64,000 bases of DNA from Octopus vulgaris (lineage: Eukaryota), in contig OX597823.1 of NCBI GenBank assembly GCA_951406725.2, forward strand, positions 36,518,001 through 36,582,000, in the 5' to 3' direction. Below, piece by piece: positions 39,812 through 52,739 of the stretch. The notes beneath the pieces are model-generated. The model worked only from the letters and a program-made list of their open reading frames with translations, made no database searches and was not told where the DNA came from. The translations under genes were made by a program, and so were the position numbers. Within the stretch, counting starts at the first letter, position 1. Every line of letters begins with the position of its first letter.

Positions 39812-40720
39812 ATCAAATCATATCAAAACAAATCAAAATAGATGAACATCAATGGAATTTGTATCTTTGTGGTACCAATGCCGGTGGCACACAAGAAAAC
39901 CATCTGAACGTGGCAGTAGCCAGTACCACATCGACTGGCCTCCGTGCTGTGGGCACGTAACAAACACCATCCGATCGTGGCCGTTCGCCAGCCTCATCTG
40001 GCACCTGTGTTGGTGGCACATAAAAACACCATCCAAAGACCCGGCAAGACTAGTCAGGCCATAACCCGTGGCCCCTACCTGGGACGTAGTCAGTCCACCT
40101 GTGCATACCTTCCTTCTTATGACACTTGTGAAGACCTGTTGAGGCAAGTATGTGACACTTGTGAAGACCTGTTGAGGCAAGTGTGTGACAGTTGTGAAGA
40201 CCTGTTGAGGCAAGTGAAAATCAAACCAAATCAAAATAGATGAACATCAATGGAATTTGTATCTTTGTGGTACCAGTGCCAGTGGCACACAAGAAAACCA
40301 TCCGAACGTGGCCGTAGCCAGTACCGCATCGACTGGCCTCCGTGCTGTGGGCACGTAACAAGCACCATCCGATCGTGGCCGTTCGCCAGCCTCATCTGGC
40401 ACTTGTGTCGGTGGCACATAAAAACACCATCTGAGCGTGGCCGTCTGCCAGCCTCGTCTGGCACCTGTGTCGGTGGCACATAAAAAACACCATCCGAGCG
40501 TGGCCGTTCGCCAGCCTCGTCTGGCACCTGTGTCGGTGGCACATAAAATCACCCACTACACTCTCGGAGTGGTTGGCGTTAGGAAGGGCATCCAGCTGTA
40601 GAAACACTGCCAGATCTGACTGGCCTGGTGCAGCCTTCGGGCTCCCCAGACTCCAGTTGAACCGTCCAACCCATGCTAGCATGGAAAGCGGACGTTAAAT
40701 GAGGATGATGATGATGATGA
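39812..40720 (+). mobile_element. RTE LINE 3' end (ORF terminus plus repetitive 3' UTR) with internal duplications
   Basis: Ends GCATGGAAAGCGGACGTTAAAT-(GAT)n as in the 58880-59994 copy; 33-bp unit x3 at 40120-40215; ~60-bp GTGCCGGTGGCAC units; ~205-bp block duplicated (39828-40034 / 40226-40432). Confidence 0.9.
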
Positions 40721-40725
40721 TATAT

Positions 40726-40758
<33 letters not shown>

Positions 40759-40764
40759 CATACA

Positions 40765-40810
<46 letters not shown>

Positions 40811-40825
40811 CATATATATATATAT

Positions 40826-40892
<67 letters not shown>

Positions 40893-40908
40893 CATATATA
40901 TATATATA
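40720..40908. repeat. (TA)n compound microsatellite
   Basis: Direct reading. Confidence 0.97.
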
Positions 40909-41312
40909 TTATTATGTGTGTGCTTTGACATGTGTGTGCCTGCAGACACATGCATGCACACACATGTATATGTGTATGTCTGTTGCTGCTAATGAGAACA
41001 TTGATCAATATTCTATAGATAAATTAATTCGACGTAGCTATAGTCATAATCAAATAGTGTCATCAGTGTGCGTGTGTGTGTGTGTGTGTGTGGTAATAAT
41101 ATATTGTGGCTAGTCTTCGTGTGTCAGTTAATGGTGGTGTTGTATTTAACAGTTATTGGTAGTGTGTAAATACGGAGGCGGTGTTTGTGTTTCTGTTGAT
41201 ACTTGCAATATGCTTTGTTAGTGGAAGACTTTTTCTCTGTGTCTCTCTCTCTCAGTCATAAATGGGAAAATAAAAGAAGTCACAGGTAGAATCTATGGCT
41301 ACTACACCTTTT

Positions 41313-41331
41313 TATGATGATGATGATGATG

Positions 41332-41390
<59 letters not shown>

Positions 41391-41421
41391 CATTATTATT
41401 ATTATTATCATGATTATTATT
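41313..41421. repeat. (ATG)n-(ATT)n microsatellite
   Basis: Direct reading. Confidence 0.97.
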
Positions 41422-41446
41422 GTTCCACTTCCATTTATATTGTCAG

Positions 41447-41515
41447 TGTTGTTGCAAAAGACCAGTAATGGGACAATTTCTACGTCTGCCCAACGTTACC
41501 AGATTTTATAATTAT
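41447..41515 (+). CDS. Candidate 69-nt phase-0 exon
   Basis: ccatttatattgtcag|TGTTGTTGC...AATTAT|gtaaga; single open frame CCCKRPVMGQFLRLPNVTRFYNY; retains two CpGs; no homology recognised. Confidence 0.22.
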
Positions 41516-42503
41516 GTAAGAAATCAGTATTTCTGTTGGTATTTTAACATCTATTTCTGTGACACTCTGCTCTCCTCTGATCACCTGAAGTATAGGACTT
41601 TTGAATTTAAAACAAATCATGACTAACATCCTTTTTTTCCATTCCATTTTCTCTCCTATCATTCTTTAGCCTCCCCCACAACCTTTGCCTGACCGTAATC
41701 AGTTTTTTTTTCTTGTTGTTTTCTCTTATTATTTTCTTCTGTCTGCAACATCTGCAATATTCGATAACTCTGAGTTACAGCATCCATTGTCATAGCTGTC
41801 AACACAGTGATGCTGCTGCAGCACACTTGCACACATGCGCATGTATACACTCACACACACACACACATACACAGTTCCACTTAAATGTTAGTCTGCTCTG
41901 AATTAATGGTGACTTGATAGTGGCAGCAGTGAGGCTACTAATGTGAACAGCAGCACCAACAGTAGTAGTAGTAGTAGTAGCAGCAGCAGCAATGGTGTGG
42001 TAGTGGAAGTAGTAGTGCTACTACTAATCACCACCACCACCACTACCACTACTACTACTACTACAACAAGCGGTATTAGTAGTGGTAGGTAATGAAATTA
42101 CCTGCTGAAGTAATAATATTGGTGTACAAAGACACCCAACACACTAGTGGTTTACAGTGTATCGTCACTTAGCAGTGTTAATGTCAAACCATCAATGTCA
42201 ACCATCAGTTCACATGTTTAAAACGGAGGAACGATGGACTGTGGGGGTAAGAAGCTTTGGACTTTTCTATATTTTCTCTTTCTTTTGTTTTTTTTTTTGT
42301 TTTGTTTTAGTTTCAATTGATACCATCTGTTTGAAAGAGAGATCATTCTCCACCACTATCATCTTCCTCCTCCTCTCTTTATTTTCTTTCTGTATGTGAT
42401 ACATAAGCCATCTTCCACATGTGTGTGCGTTTTATGTAGGTTGTTAGCATTGCCATTGATGAAACAGTCAAATATGATGATAGTGATGTTAATAATAATA
42501 ATA

Positions 42504-42534
<31 letters not shown>

Positions 42535-43514
42535 TTATAATAATAATCTTCTGTCATAAAGTGACATAATGGATGGTTACAAAAGGAGTGGTGATTCTAG
42601 TGGAGTTTACTTGTAAATAATCAAAATAGCTATGATTTCTAGCACAGGTGCAAGGCCACACATTTTGTTGGGGTGTGGAAGTTTACTCAATTAGATTGAC
42701 CTCTGACCTAGTATGTCCACTCAGAATGAGGAAATGTAAACCAACCATGGTAGACTTCGATCTTAAAATGTAAAAGGTGGTGTGGAACTAAATATCACCA
42801 GATATTTTATAACGATTTCTGTTTTTTTTTTTTGTTTTCTTAATTAAAATGATTTCTGCGGCACAATTGTCATTATGTGCAATACCCTGCCACATCTTCA
42901 GTCACTGTTCTTCTGTTATACTAGTAGTGGAAGTGGTGGCCTTGGAGTAAAGGGGTATGGTGTGTAGTACCCCGCGTCTTTCTCAGAAAGAGAGAATTGA
43001 TCCCCGAGTACTCAACAGGTTCCGACCCAAAATTACTAGTTATAATTTGCCCCTAAAAGCAATAAACTCCTCTACATGTGTGTGTTTCTACTGTAATCTT
43101 ATGTTATGCTTCTCTTCATTTCAAAAGTGAATTTTGTTGTTTAAATCTCATGCCACCCGTTACTGAACAGATCTGTTGTATAGCTAGAATTACGTTTCCT
43201 CTATTAGACTTTAGGGTGTGATCTGAGGGAGATTTATCTGTAGTTTCTTGCACATTACATGATCACTGAGAGAGTCTCTATTGTTGACATGATTGAGCTT
43301 TGTTTTGTTTAGGTCTGATAGCCATGGTCTTCTTTAGTGTTATTGCACTGCTGTGGCGAGGGTGGTAGTCATGTGGTGGTGGTGGTAGTAGTAGTAGTAG
43401 TAAAACCAACTGACTACAGAAAACAGGTTCACATTATTTTGTTTCCTTTCTATTTTCACTATTTTATATCTAGAATACGGTTTATTTTGTGATCAATATT
43501 AAACACTTAGAAAG

Positions 43515-43800
43515 ATATAATAATAATAATAATAATAATGATTTCATTTATTTGCCACAAGGGGGAAGGATGAGTGGGACTAAACAGAAGCAGACATAAA
43601 GTGTGGGGGTTTACATATAATAATAAAATGATAAAAAAAAAGTAAACAGTATACACTGGAAAAGAAGGGACATATGCATAGCATACAAAGGTAAAAAAAA
43701 AATCTAAAAAAAAGGTGGCCCTTTTCATACAGGCATGCCTCTATGGATAATCAAGGAACCCCACTGTCTGAGATTTCCCTGAAACCCTAGGAGCAAGTGT
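43515..43800 (-). mobile_element. Probable LINE 3' UTR fragment ending in AATAAA-(ATT)n
   Basis: Minus strand ...GTGGCAAATAAATGAAATC-(ATT)n tail after a pyrimidine-rich body. Confidence 0.4.
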
Positions 43801-45364
43801 CCTCTCCAATTCCTTCTCTCCAACTCATAGGTCTACACTTAGAGAGGTACCATCCACTATATTATATCAATATTTGTCTTAACTGACTATTGAAAATTTC
43901 ATGCCTGACTTTTCACAAAAAGAAAGAAAATAGGAAAAAAGTCACCCCTCTTACCACTATCTTACATATTTTATTCTAATTTAAGTTCTTTTCCATTTGA
44001 AATGTATAATAGTTTGGTAATTGTTCAGATTATGTATATGAAATCATAAACGTAAGATTTTCAATTTGGTTTGATATAAAAGCTTAGTTTTTGTGAAAAT
44101 GGTCATTTTGTATGTGAGGCTACTCTATGTATTATATCATTCTGTATGTAAGGCTTACCTGTGACATTATAATCAAAGTGAAAATTGCAATCATATACAT
44201 AATGTCATTCTTCTACATCCATTTTCCATTCTGGCATACGATGGACAGTTTGCCAAGATCCAGTGGGTCAGATGACTATATTGCGCTCTAATGTCTCAGT
44301 TTTGGTATTGCTTCTATGGCTCCGTGCTCTTCCTAGCATTAGCATTTTTTCCATGGGACCAGGATTATAGAGGTTACCTTGTTATTGGCAAAACTTTAGA
44401 GCCCTCTGAAGGTCTGTATTGTTGCTACTTGGTTTGATTTACCATCCATTTACAGTGCATCAACATTAGTGGGATTACTTTGCTACTTGCAAAGCAAAAG
44501 AGAAGCTTCTATAATGGTTGAAGACTGGAACAGATTAAATACTGTGTGTGGATGGTGATGGAAAGAATAATAGCAGAAATATTGTTTGGCTGGGAATAAT
44601 GGAGATGGGACAGGAAGATTAATGTTAAAGTTTAGTCTAAGAGATTTAGGGAGGAGGTGGGTTAAGTAATGATGATGGTAGTATGCAGGGTGGGGTCCAA
44701 GGCTATCCTACACTGTAAGGTTGAGTATGAGTGAAGAGTGGAAGGGATATGAAAGAGAGCAAATAGATAAAGATGATGTGAATCGAAAGCATCACTGAAA
44801 GAAAGAAAGGTGTTGGATGGTGAAGGTAACCCAGAGCTGGTGTTGAGGTGGTGAGGACAATGAGAGAAAAGAAGGCAGAGAAGAGTGATAGATGGCAGTG
44901 AATGAGCAAAAATCTCAGGGATATGAATGATAGAGTGATGGTTGAAGTAAGTAAGGAGATTGATGGAGGAAGAGGGAATGTGGGTACAGGTAGAATGATG
45001 ATGACTGGTGCTCACTGGCGCCTTTCTCTTTAACTGCTGGTTGACTCTTGTTTTGAGACTTAATTTTGGTAGATGGAAACTATAAGAAGCCCATTGTGTA
45101 GTGTGTTATTTTGCCTTGGCATGTGTTCACTAAATTTAAAGGGATGTCAACTATTTTACAAATGGTGTTATTTGTTTACAGCCCTCTGTAAAAGCATATG
45201 CAACCATTGAACTGTTTGTTATTGGAGAGACAAGGGGAAATATTAACCTGATTTGGAACATGTGAGTGTTGGTGACAAGAAATGTATTTAACCATTGAAG
45301 TAACTTCTGATTCATGCAAAAGTGAATGTTAAACTGATGTTAATATTTGACTGTCTGTCTAAGG

Positions 45365-45495
45365 TAGGCGCAATTGTGGCTGTTTGCTTCTCAGCTGGTT
45401 TTAGGTTCAGTTCCACTACATGGTGTCTTGAACAAGTGTCTTCCACTATAGCCCTAGGCCAACCAAAGCCTTGTGAGTGCATTTGATAGATGTGA
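45365..45495 (+). mobile_element. tRNA/CORE-like SINE head
   Basis: GGTTCAGTTCCACT...CAAGTGTCTTCCACTATAGCC...AAAGCCTTGTGAGTG. Confidence 0.75.
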
Positions 45496-45658
45496 CTTCT
45501 GTTCCCACCTCTTCATTACTCATCTTCTTAGTCATTACATTGTTGCATGTGTTATGACACAGACATTGGTTTTCTTTATATTTAATCACTATATCATCCT
45601 ATCTTTCTTCTACATGAAGTCTGTGTGACAAAGGGTGGCATCAAATTTGTCCATACTC

Positions 45659-45895
45659 AATAATAATAATAATAATAATGATCCTTTCTTCTAAAGGCAC
45701 AAAGCCTGAAATGTTGGGTGAGGGAACTAGTCGATTACATCAACCCTAGTATTCCACTGGTACTTATTTTATCAACCCCAAAAGGATGAAAAGCGAAGTT
45801 GACTATGGCGGAATTTGAACTCAAAACATAAGGACAAATGAAATACTTCAAAACATTTTCCCGGTGTGCTAATAATTCTGCCAGCACGCTGCCTT
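45659..45895 (-). mobile_element. Full Nin-domain-type tRNA SINE with (ATT)n tail
   Basis: + strand CTGGTACTTATTTTATCAACCCCAAAAGGATGAAAAGC (Nin-like domain), GAATTTGAAC (B box), TTCTGCCAGC...GCCTT (5' end). Confidence 0.8.
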
Positions 45896-45899
45896 GGAC

Positions 45900-46560
45900 C
45901 AGGTATTGAATACCAACTCAGTGAAAAAGAATATATACCACACAAGTGCAACAGACATCTGCAAAATGTGTGGGAAGAGTTCAAAAGCGTGACTAACATT
46001 GTTAGTGATTGTAAAAGTCTTGTGAAGAAAGAGTATAAGTGTAGACAAGATGAGGTTATGGGTACTTGGTACCAACATTCACCAGAAAAGGTAATGGATG
46101 AAAAGGGGAAGGCAAAAATCCTCTGAGATTTTGACTTCCAGATAGACAAGGTGTTAGAGCACCGAAGGCTGGATATAATAAGCTTTAGGAGAGACAAACA
46201 AGTGCTTAATTATTGATGTGGCAGTGCCAGGAGATCAAGATCTCATCATGAAAGAAAGAGAAAAGGTTGATAAATATGGTGACCTGAGAATTGAGATTGC
46301 TAAGATTTGGCAGCTCTGAGAGTCAAACATAAAAGTTATCCCTATTGTCATCAGAGCACTGGGTTCAATACCACCCAATCTAAAGACCTTAGAAATACCC
46401 TGTGATCTAGATGTATTGCAAAAGTCAGCATTACTTGGAACTGCATGCATATTGCTTAAAGTAGTGTCTGTCTGAAGTCCTTGTGACTTGACAAACAGTA
46501 CAAACCCCTGGAAGACAGTATCTTCAATCAACAACCTCACAATATTGTATATTTCGGATA
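45900..46560 (+). mobile_element. R4/Dong-clade non-LTR retrotransposon 3' remnant (Zn knuckle plus restriction-like endonuclease)
   Basis: CKMCGK...VTNIVSDCKSLVKKEYKCRQDEV...IL*DFDFQIDKVLEHRRLDII...CLIIDVAVPGD...KEREKVDKYGDL...IPIVIRALG...LQKSALLGTA; stop at 46473. Confidence 0.88.
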
Positions 46561-47494
46561 AAGTACCATTTCTCAACTGGTACTTATTTCATCAACTCTG
46601 AAAGGATGAAAGGCAAAATTGACCTTGTTGTTTGGCCCTAAGTCAATTCTGAATTATAAGACCTATGATGGAAAGTATTCAAACAGTAACCTGTGAATCT
46701 CTTGTTTTTTCATGTAAAGACCTGGTCCCTTTGTATGGTCTCTGTATGTGCAACCTAGGGCATGTGTTTTTGAGGAAGACTTGCAGTTACCCAAACATGT
46801 GAGCCTATTCTCTTTATGTTACCATGGGCTAATACAACCTAACATATCATTGCAGGGATTGTTGTGTGAATGCAAAGGGTTTAAACAGACACCACAAGGT
46901 AGATTGCCCAACCCACTAACACTTCCATCAACCTATCATCTTGGATTAGTATGTTTTTTTTTAAAAGATTCTCCTTCTCCCAAAGGATGAAAAGCAAAGT
47001 TGACTTTGATGGAATTTGAACTTTGAGTTTAGAGAATCAGAATAAATACTGAGATATTTTTCCAATGCTCTACCAACTCTGTCAGTTCACTGTCCTTGTG
47101 TGTCTCATGCTGCAATATCCTACCTCTTTTCTGTTTTAGAATCATCAGCTGTGCTTTTAGGGAGACTTGGTTGCTACTTCTATCAGACTGAGCAACTGTA
47201 TAGGTACTCCTTGTGATTTCTAACATTTTGGATTTAAGGTTGTATTAACTCCAGTACTTGCACCTTTCTTTTGTCATAGCCAGAAGAATGAAAACCAAAA
47301 ATGAGCTCAGGACATAAAGGGATAATAAGGATGTTGCAACTGATTCAGGCACAAGGCCAACAATTTGAAGGGAGTGGGGTTACACCACCCACTCACACTA
47401 TGTAACTAGTATTTGAACTCATAAACAAAAGAGTTAATACTGCAAAACTTCTTTTTCCAGTAGTCTTCAATAATAATAATCATAATCAATAATA

Positions 47495-47750
47495 GCCCTC
47501 AGAAGGATGAAAAGCAAAGCTGACCTAGGCACTGGGGTGGCTGTGTGGTAAGTAGCTTGCTTACCAACCACATGGTTCTAGGTTCATTCCCACTGTGTGG
47601 CACCTCGGGGCAAGTGTCTCCTATAGCCTTGGGCTGACCAAAGCCTTGTGAGTGGATTTGGTGTAATTTGAATTCAGAATGTAGCAATGGGCAAAATACC
47701 GCTAAGGATTTCATCCGTCGCACTAACGATTCTGCCAGCTTAACACCTTC
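47495..47750 (-). mobile_element. Nin-type SINE interrupted by a + strand tRNA/CORE-like SINE head (47527-47662)
   Basis: Outer consensus GTTGACCT|...|AATTTGAA is split by GGGGTGGCTGTGTGGTAAGTAGCTTGC...GAGTGGATTTGG. Confidence 0.8.
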
Positions 47751-48125
47751 AATAATATTAACAATAATTTGTAGAAAGAGTCACTGTGAGACCTTTGACA
47801 ACAGGTTGCTGTCTGCTCTCACAGAATTAACCAGAGCAAGTTAGATCAAAAGCACTGAGAAGTAAAATATAATAACTAGCAGGACCTGTGAAAATTCTAC
47901 AGTGTAAGTCAGCATATTTAAAAACATTGTTATATTAAACACAAGCAAGGAATTTCTAAAATGTTTTTGAAATACTGCCATTTAAGCAAACTACTTTTAA
48001 ATATAATCAAAATGAATTTTAGAAGGTATTGCTTATTTCTTTCTTTTAATATATTTGGCAGATGTGATGTACTTTATGATTTAAGAAAGTAAAAGATAAA
48101 CTAAAATAAAACCTATTCATACATA

Positions 48126-49361
48126 CAGGGGTTGGACAAAATAATGGAAGCACCTAGCATCATGGCATCATAAGTTTGAAATATCTATAAAACCGTTGAA
48201 AGCTTGTTTATTTTTATGTTTTTTGATTTATTATTAGTATTGCTTAATAAGTTTTGCTAAAATTGTTGTTTCTTTTCAGATATCATTAGAAAAAGGTAAT
48301 TAAAATTCATTAAAATGACAAATCTATCGGACTTTCAAAGAGGTCAAATTGTTGGTGCTCGTATGGCAGGCGCTAGTGTAACGAAACAGCTGAGATGTTT
48401 TGGTGTATCAAGAAGTACTGTCTCAAAAGTAATGACAGTCTTTGAGAAGGATGGAAAAATCTCCTCATCAAAACAAAACTCCGGAAGAAAACCAAAACTT
48501 TCAGATAGGGACCGTTGGACTCTTACATGAATTGTTAGAAAGGATCACAAAATACAGCTCCCAAAATTCCTACAGAGCTTAATGATTACCTCAAGAACTC
48601 AGTTTCCACAAAAACTGTTCATTGGGAGCTGCACAAAGCCAGATTTCACAGGAGGGCTACAATCAGAAAACCAATACTTTCAAAAACAAGCGTTGCAAAG
48701 CATTTAGAGTGGAGTAAAAGTCAACAGAATTGGTCCCTAGAGCTGTGGAAGAATGTTATTTTCTTGGATGAGTCATCCTTTACCTTATTTTCAACCACCA
48801 GCCAAGTATACGTGTGGAGACAGCCAAAAGAAGCATTTGATCCAGACTGCCTTCTTCCAACTGTTAAACATGGAGGAGGATGTGGGATGATCTGGGGAGC
48901 TATATCTTGGAAATCTGCCAGCCCAATGGTTCCCCTTCATGGCAGAATTAATAGTCAAGACTATTAAGCATTTCATCTTATCAAACTCATCCTATGGTTG
49001 CAGAACTGTTTCTGGAGGAAAACACAATCTTTCAGGATGATAATGCACCAATTCACACAGCTAAGGTTGTTACTGAATGGCACAAGGAACATCTTATCTA
49101 GCCACCAGAGTCCCCAGATCTCAGTGTTATTGAACATTTATGGTGCAATTTAGAAAACAAGTAAGGAGTCGATATCCTCCACCATCATCACTACAAGAAC
49201 TGGAGACTGGACAAAAATTCCTTTGGAAACAATTCAAACCTTGTATGAGTCCATACCTCATAGAATTCAAGCTGTAATTACTGCCTAAGGTGGTCCTGCC
49301 CCATATTAAAGTAAATTTGTTTGAAATTTTAAAGTGTTTCCATTATTTTGTCCAACCCCTG
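48126..49361 (+). mobile_element. Full-length Tc1 element (1236 bp) with defective transposase
   Basis: TA|CAGGGGTTGGACAAAATAATGGAA...TTCCATTATTTTGTCCAACCCCTG|TA; MTNLSDFQRGQIVG, SGRKPKLS, DESSF, TVKHGGG..MIWG, FQDDNAPIH, SPDLSVIEHLW; stops and frameshifts. Confidence 0.97.
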
Positions 49362-49377
49362 TATGTATGTATGTATG

Positions 49378-49430
<53 letters not shown>

Positions 49431-49719
49431 CATATAACTTTATATATATATATATACACACACACATACACACACTCATATAACTTTACACACACACACA
49501 CACACATGTGTGTGTGTGTATAAAATTACATTTTTCACTGTCCAACCACTACCAAGGCTTAATTGAGTTATTTACCAATTGAAATTATTTCAATTTCCTT
49601 TCATTTCAGTTCATTTCAGCTACATATCTACTTGTATATCTATTAATATATCTCTCTATCTGCATATCTGCTGATATGTTTGTAGATCCACCTGTCTACC
49701 TATCTATCTAGTCCTTTAT

Positions 49720-50329
49720 ATTGACTCCAGCACTCAACTAGTACTTATTTTATCAACCCTGAAAGGATGAAAGGCAAAGTTGATCTTAGTGGAATTGGAA
49801 TTGAAAATGTAATTATGGACAAATTGTCACTAAGAATTTTGTTCAGCATGCTAATGATTCTGCCAGTTTGCTGTCCTAATAGTAGTAATAATAGTGGTTT
49901 CAAATTTTGGTATGGGGCCAGTAGTTTTTGATGGAGGAGTAAGTGGATTGCATCAACTCTCTATGCCTGACTGGTACTTATTTTATCAATTCCAGAAGGT
50001 TGAAAGGCAAAGTTGACCTCAGCAGAATATGAACTCAGGACATAAAGATTGTGAAATACTGTTAAACATTTTGTCCAGTATGTTAACTATTTTGCCAGTT
50101 GACTGTCCTTGTATAATAATAATGATGTTGGACCCTGCTGTCGAAGATGATGTATGAGTGTTCAGCTTTTGCCAAACGACCTGCACAAATGATTTGTTTA
50201 TAATCATAAAATGTTCAAGTCACACACTAGCTCAATCTCTCCATCAAATCGACATTGTCTGAATAGGTGCGCAGTGTAACATGCATTGGGTGTTGAAGTG
50301 ATTGCAGAGCAATGTGAGATTAAGTGTTT

Positions 50330-50361
<32 letters not shown>

Positions 50362-50570
50362 CCTTTCTACTATAGGTACAAGGCCTGAAATTTTTTAGAG
50401 AAAGGGGGCTAGTCAATTACATTGACCCAGTCCTTAACTGGTACTTATTTCATTGACCCCGAAAGGATGGCAGGCAAAGTTGACCTCAGTGAAATTTGAG
50501 CTCTGAACATAAAGATGGATGCTATGCTTGTGACCATTTGTTTTGTGTGCTAATGATTCTCATTGTCCTC
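49720..50570 (-). mobile_element. Array of three Nin-type SINEs (49720-49878, 49895-50110, 50360-50570) plus one other SINE fragment (50125-50330)
   Basis: Each repeats GTACTTATTT...GAAAGGATG..AGGCAAAGTTGA; copies are separated by (AAT)n. Confidence 0.8.
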
Positions 50571-51206
50571 AAATAATAACACTGATAATAAAAGATTTTT
50601 GCAATTGAAAAAAGTATGTATTGATGGGAACTAAATCAGTTTGCATATGAAAATGATTTGCAGGATTTGAGTGAATGAAAGGATATAGAGACACTTTTGA
50701 ATGTCTAGAACTGTTGCTGCTGAAGGAAGTAGAGAAAAGATAAAACATTGAAAAAAGTTAATTAGGACATAACAATATCAGTTTATTTATATCTTTTATT
50801 AAGCATGATACTTTGAGTTTCATGTGAAGAAGAAATGGCAAATTATAATGTTCGTGCTTTTCTTCTGGTTAATAAGGAAGGCAATGAATTCAGTAATTCC
50901 AACTTCCAGATTTCAAGCAAACAATTAAAATAATTTCTTAAACACAGTGTCTCACCTTTTGTGGGAAGTGTATAAGCTGTTTACTGGTATATAGTAATGT
51001 GTCAGTATAACATTGGTATATTATTATATTTGATAGAGTGAATGTGCAAGTTGATTCTGGATTGAGTTTGAATTCCTGAAAGAAGACATCTCATTTGCCT
51101 CCATGCTTCCACTGATTCTGTGACATTTCACACTTTAAGTAATCTTTCTAGCTGAAATGTAAAGGGATGTGGGTGTGATGATTGATTTGATCTTTTATCA
51201 TGTTTT

Positions 51207-51432
51207 ATTAACCCTTTTGATAACCAACCCACCTGAGATGTCCTTAGTTCTAAGATTAAAACTTCCTGTTTCAAAGTGATCTAAGTTAAAAACCCCTTCC
51301 TTCAAAATTTCATGTTATGCTCTAAATACCAGCTTAATCACGATGTAATTTTTTTTGATTCTTCAATATAAAAAAAATGAATTCAATCATAAGCTGTGTA
51401 TTTCAACAGAATAGGGTAGTAAAAGCATTTAA
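51207..51432. mobile_element. piggyBac-type MITE, family B
   Basis: TTAA-CCCTTTTG...AAAAGCAT-TTAA; matches 34838-35053 in reverse. Confidence 0.65.
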
Positions 51433-52739
51433 GCCTAGACTATTTGTATTTTTTCTCCCCTCTGAAACAGAAGAGATGGAATGGAGATTTCATGTTTTTT
51501 AACTTCTAAATAGGATTCATATTTTATTAACTCGAGCGTATTAGTTTCTTCTGAGTACACCACACTTCATAATAATAATATTTCTGTGAACTAAACAAAT
51601 GCCAGTCATGTCACAGAGTAGACCTCATTGATACACACAAGTTTGGCAGATCACCAATTCTTATTTTCTTAACAATGAATTGATAACACAACTTAAACAT
51701 ATGAACATAGTGGTAAAAATAGCAGTGATTTATCTTGACAAGGCCAAATTCTACCTGTTCAAGCTACAAGTTCATTGAATCAATTACAATATTTGTTTTA
51801 TCAGGTAGCATGAAAATCTAGTTGGTTAAAATGGGATTCCAATCAAAGTAAGTAGAATAAAGCATCTCAGCCATGTGTCTGTATCAGAGATTATTTCTTG
51901 CATAAACATAACAATTGAATGAAAAGTGGGAAGTTTTGGTAATGATGCATTCTTCAGAAGGTAATATCAGAAATTTTAGCAAAACCAAACTGTTCATTGA
52001 TAAGGTTTAAAAAAACCAATCATTTGCAAGAAAATAAAACAAAATCTCTGTCTCTGTCTGTCTGTCTCCCTCTCTCTCTCTCTCTCATGCGCACACACAC
52101 GCATGCGCGTGCGCGCGCGCGCACACACACACAAAAGATGCTGGCATGGCTGTTTTGCAACCAAGTGGTTTCAGATCTGGACCTATTGTGTGACATCATA
52201 GGCAAGTGTCTTGGGGTGACCTCTTCGGTTTGAGACACATTAGATAAATAGATTCTGTATGGAAGTCCTTTGTGTGTGTCTGTGTAAAAGTATCGATGAA
52301 GGTCTTATGTACTGTTTCCTGCCTCTGTATATGTTTATTACAACATGTCTTGATATTGACACAGTTTCAGTAGCAATGATGTTTTGATACATGTAGGAAG
52401 AGGTAATAGAAACAAAAGACCTACTGAAGTAGTATGATGGAAGAAGAATTAGTGAAATGAGGGAGGCAGTGATGGAAGAGGGAGTACTGAAAGTGAAGAA
52501 AGATGAGAGAGATTGATGGGTAGAAATTAGGATGAGTGATTGTGTGTATTTATGTATATGGTGGATATCCCTAAATGATAATGAGTAAATGGGGAGAGAA
52601 GAGAAAGAAAGTGAGTGGTGTCTATCAATAAAGGTGTTAGTAGGGGCAGATTTGATATTTGTCTCTCATGATACATGTGGTATGATGGTGTCACAGAGGT
52701 GATGATAAAAAGGTCAATATCCAAATGCCAATATCCATC

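Noticed and set aside
39850-40550. Regularly spaced palindromic repeats resembling a CRISPR array
   Set aside because: The intervening sequences are themselves repeated, the context is a eukaryotic RTE 3' UTR, and no cas genes are present
41659-41850. Minus-strand ORF with QSYRILQML, faintly like a Zasp/PDLIM motif
   Set aside because: Too short, lacks splice support and starts in a microsatellite
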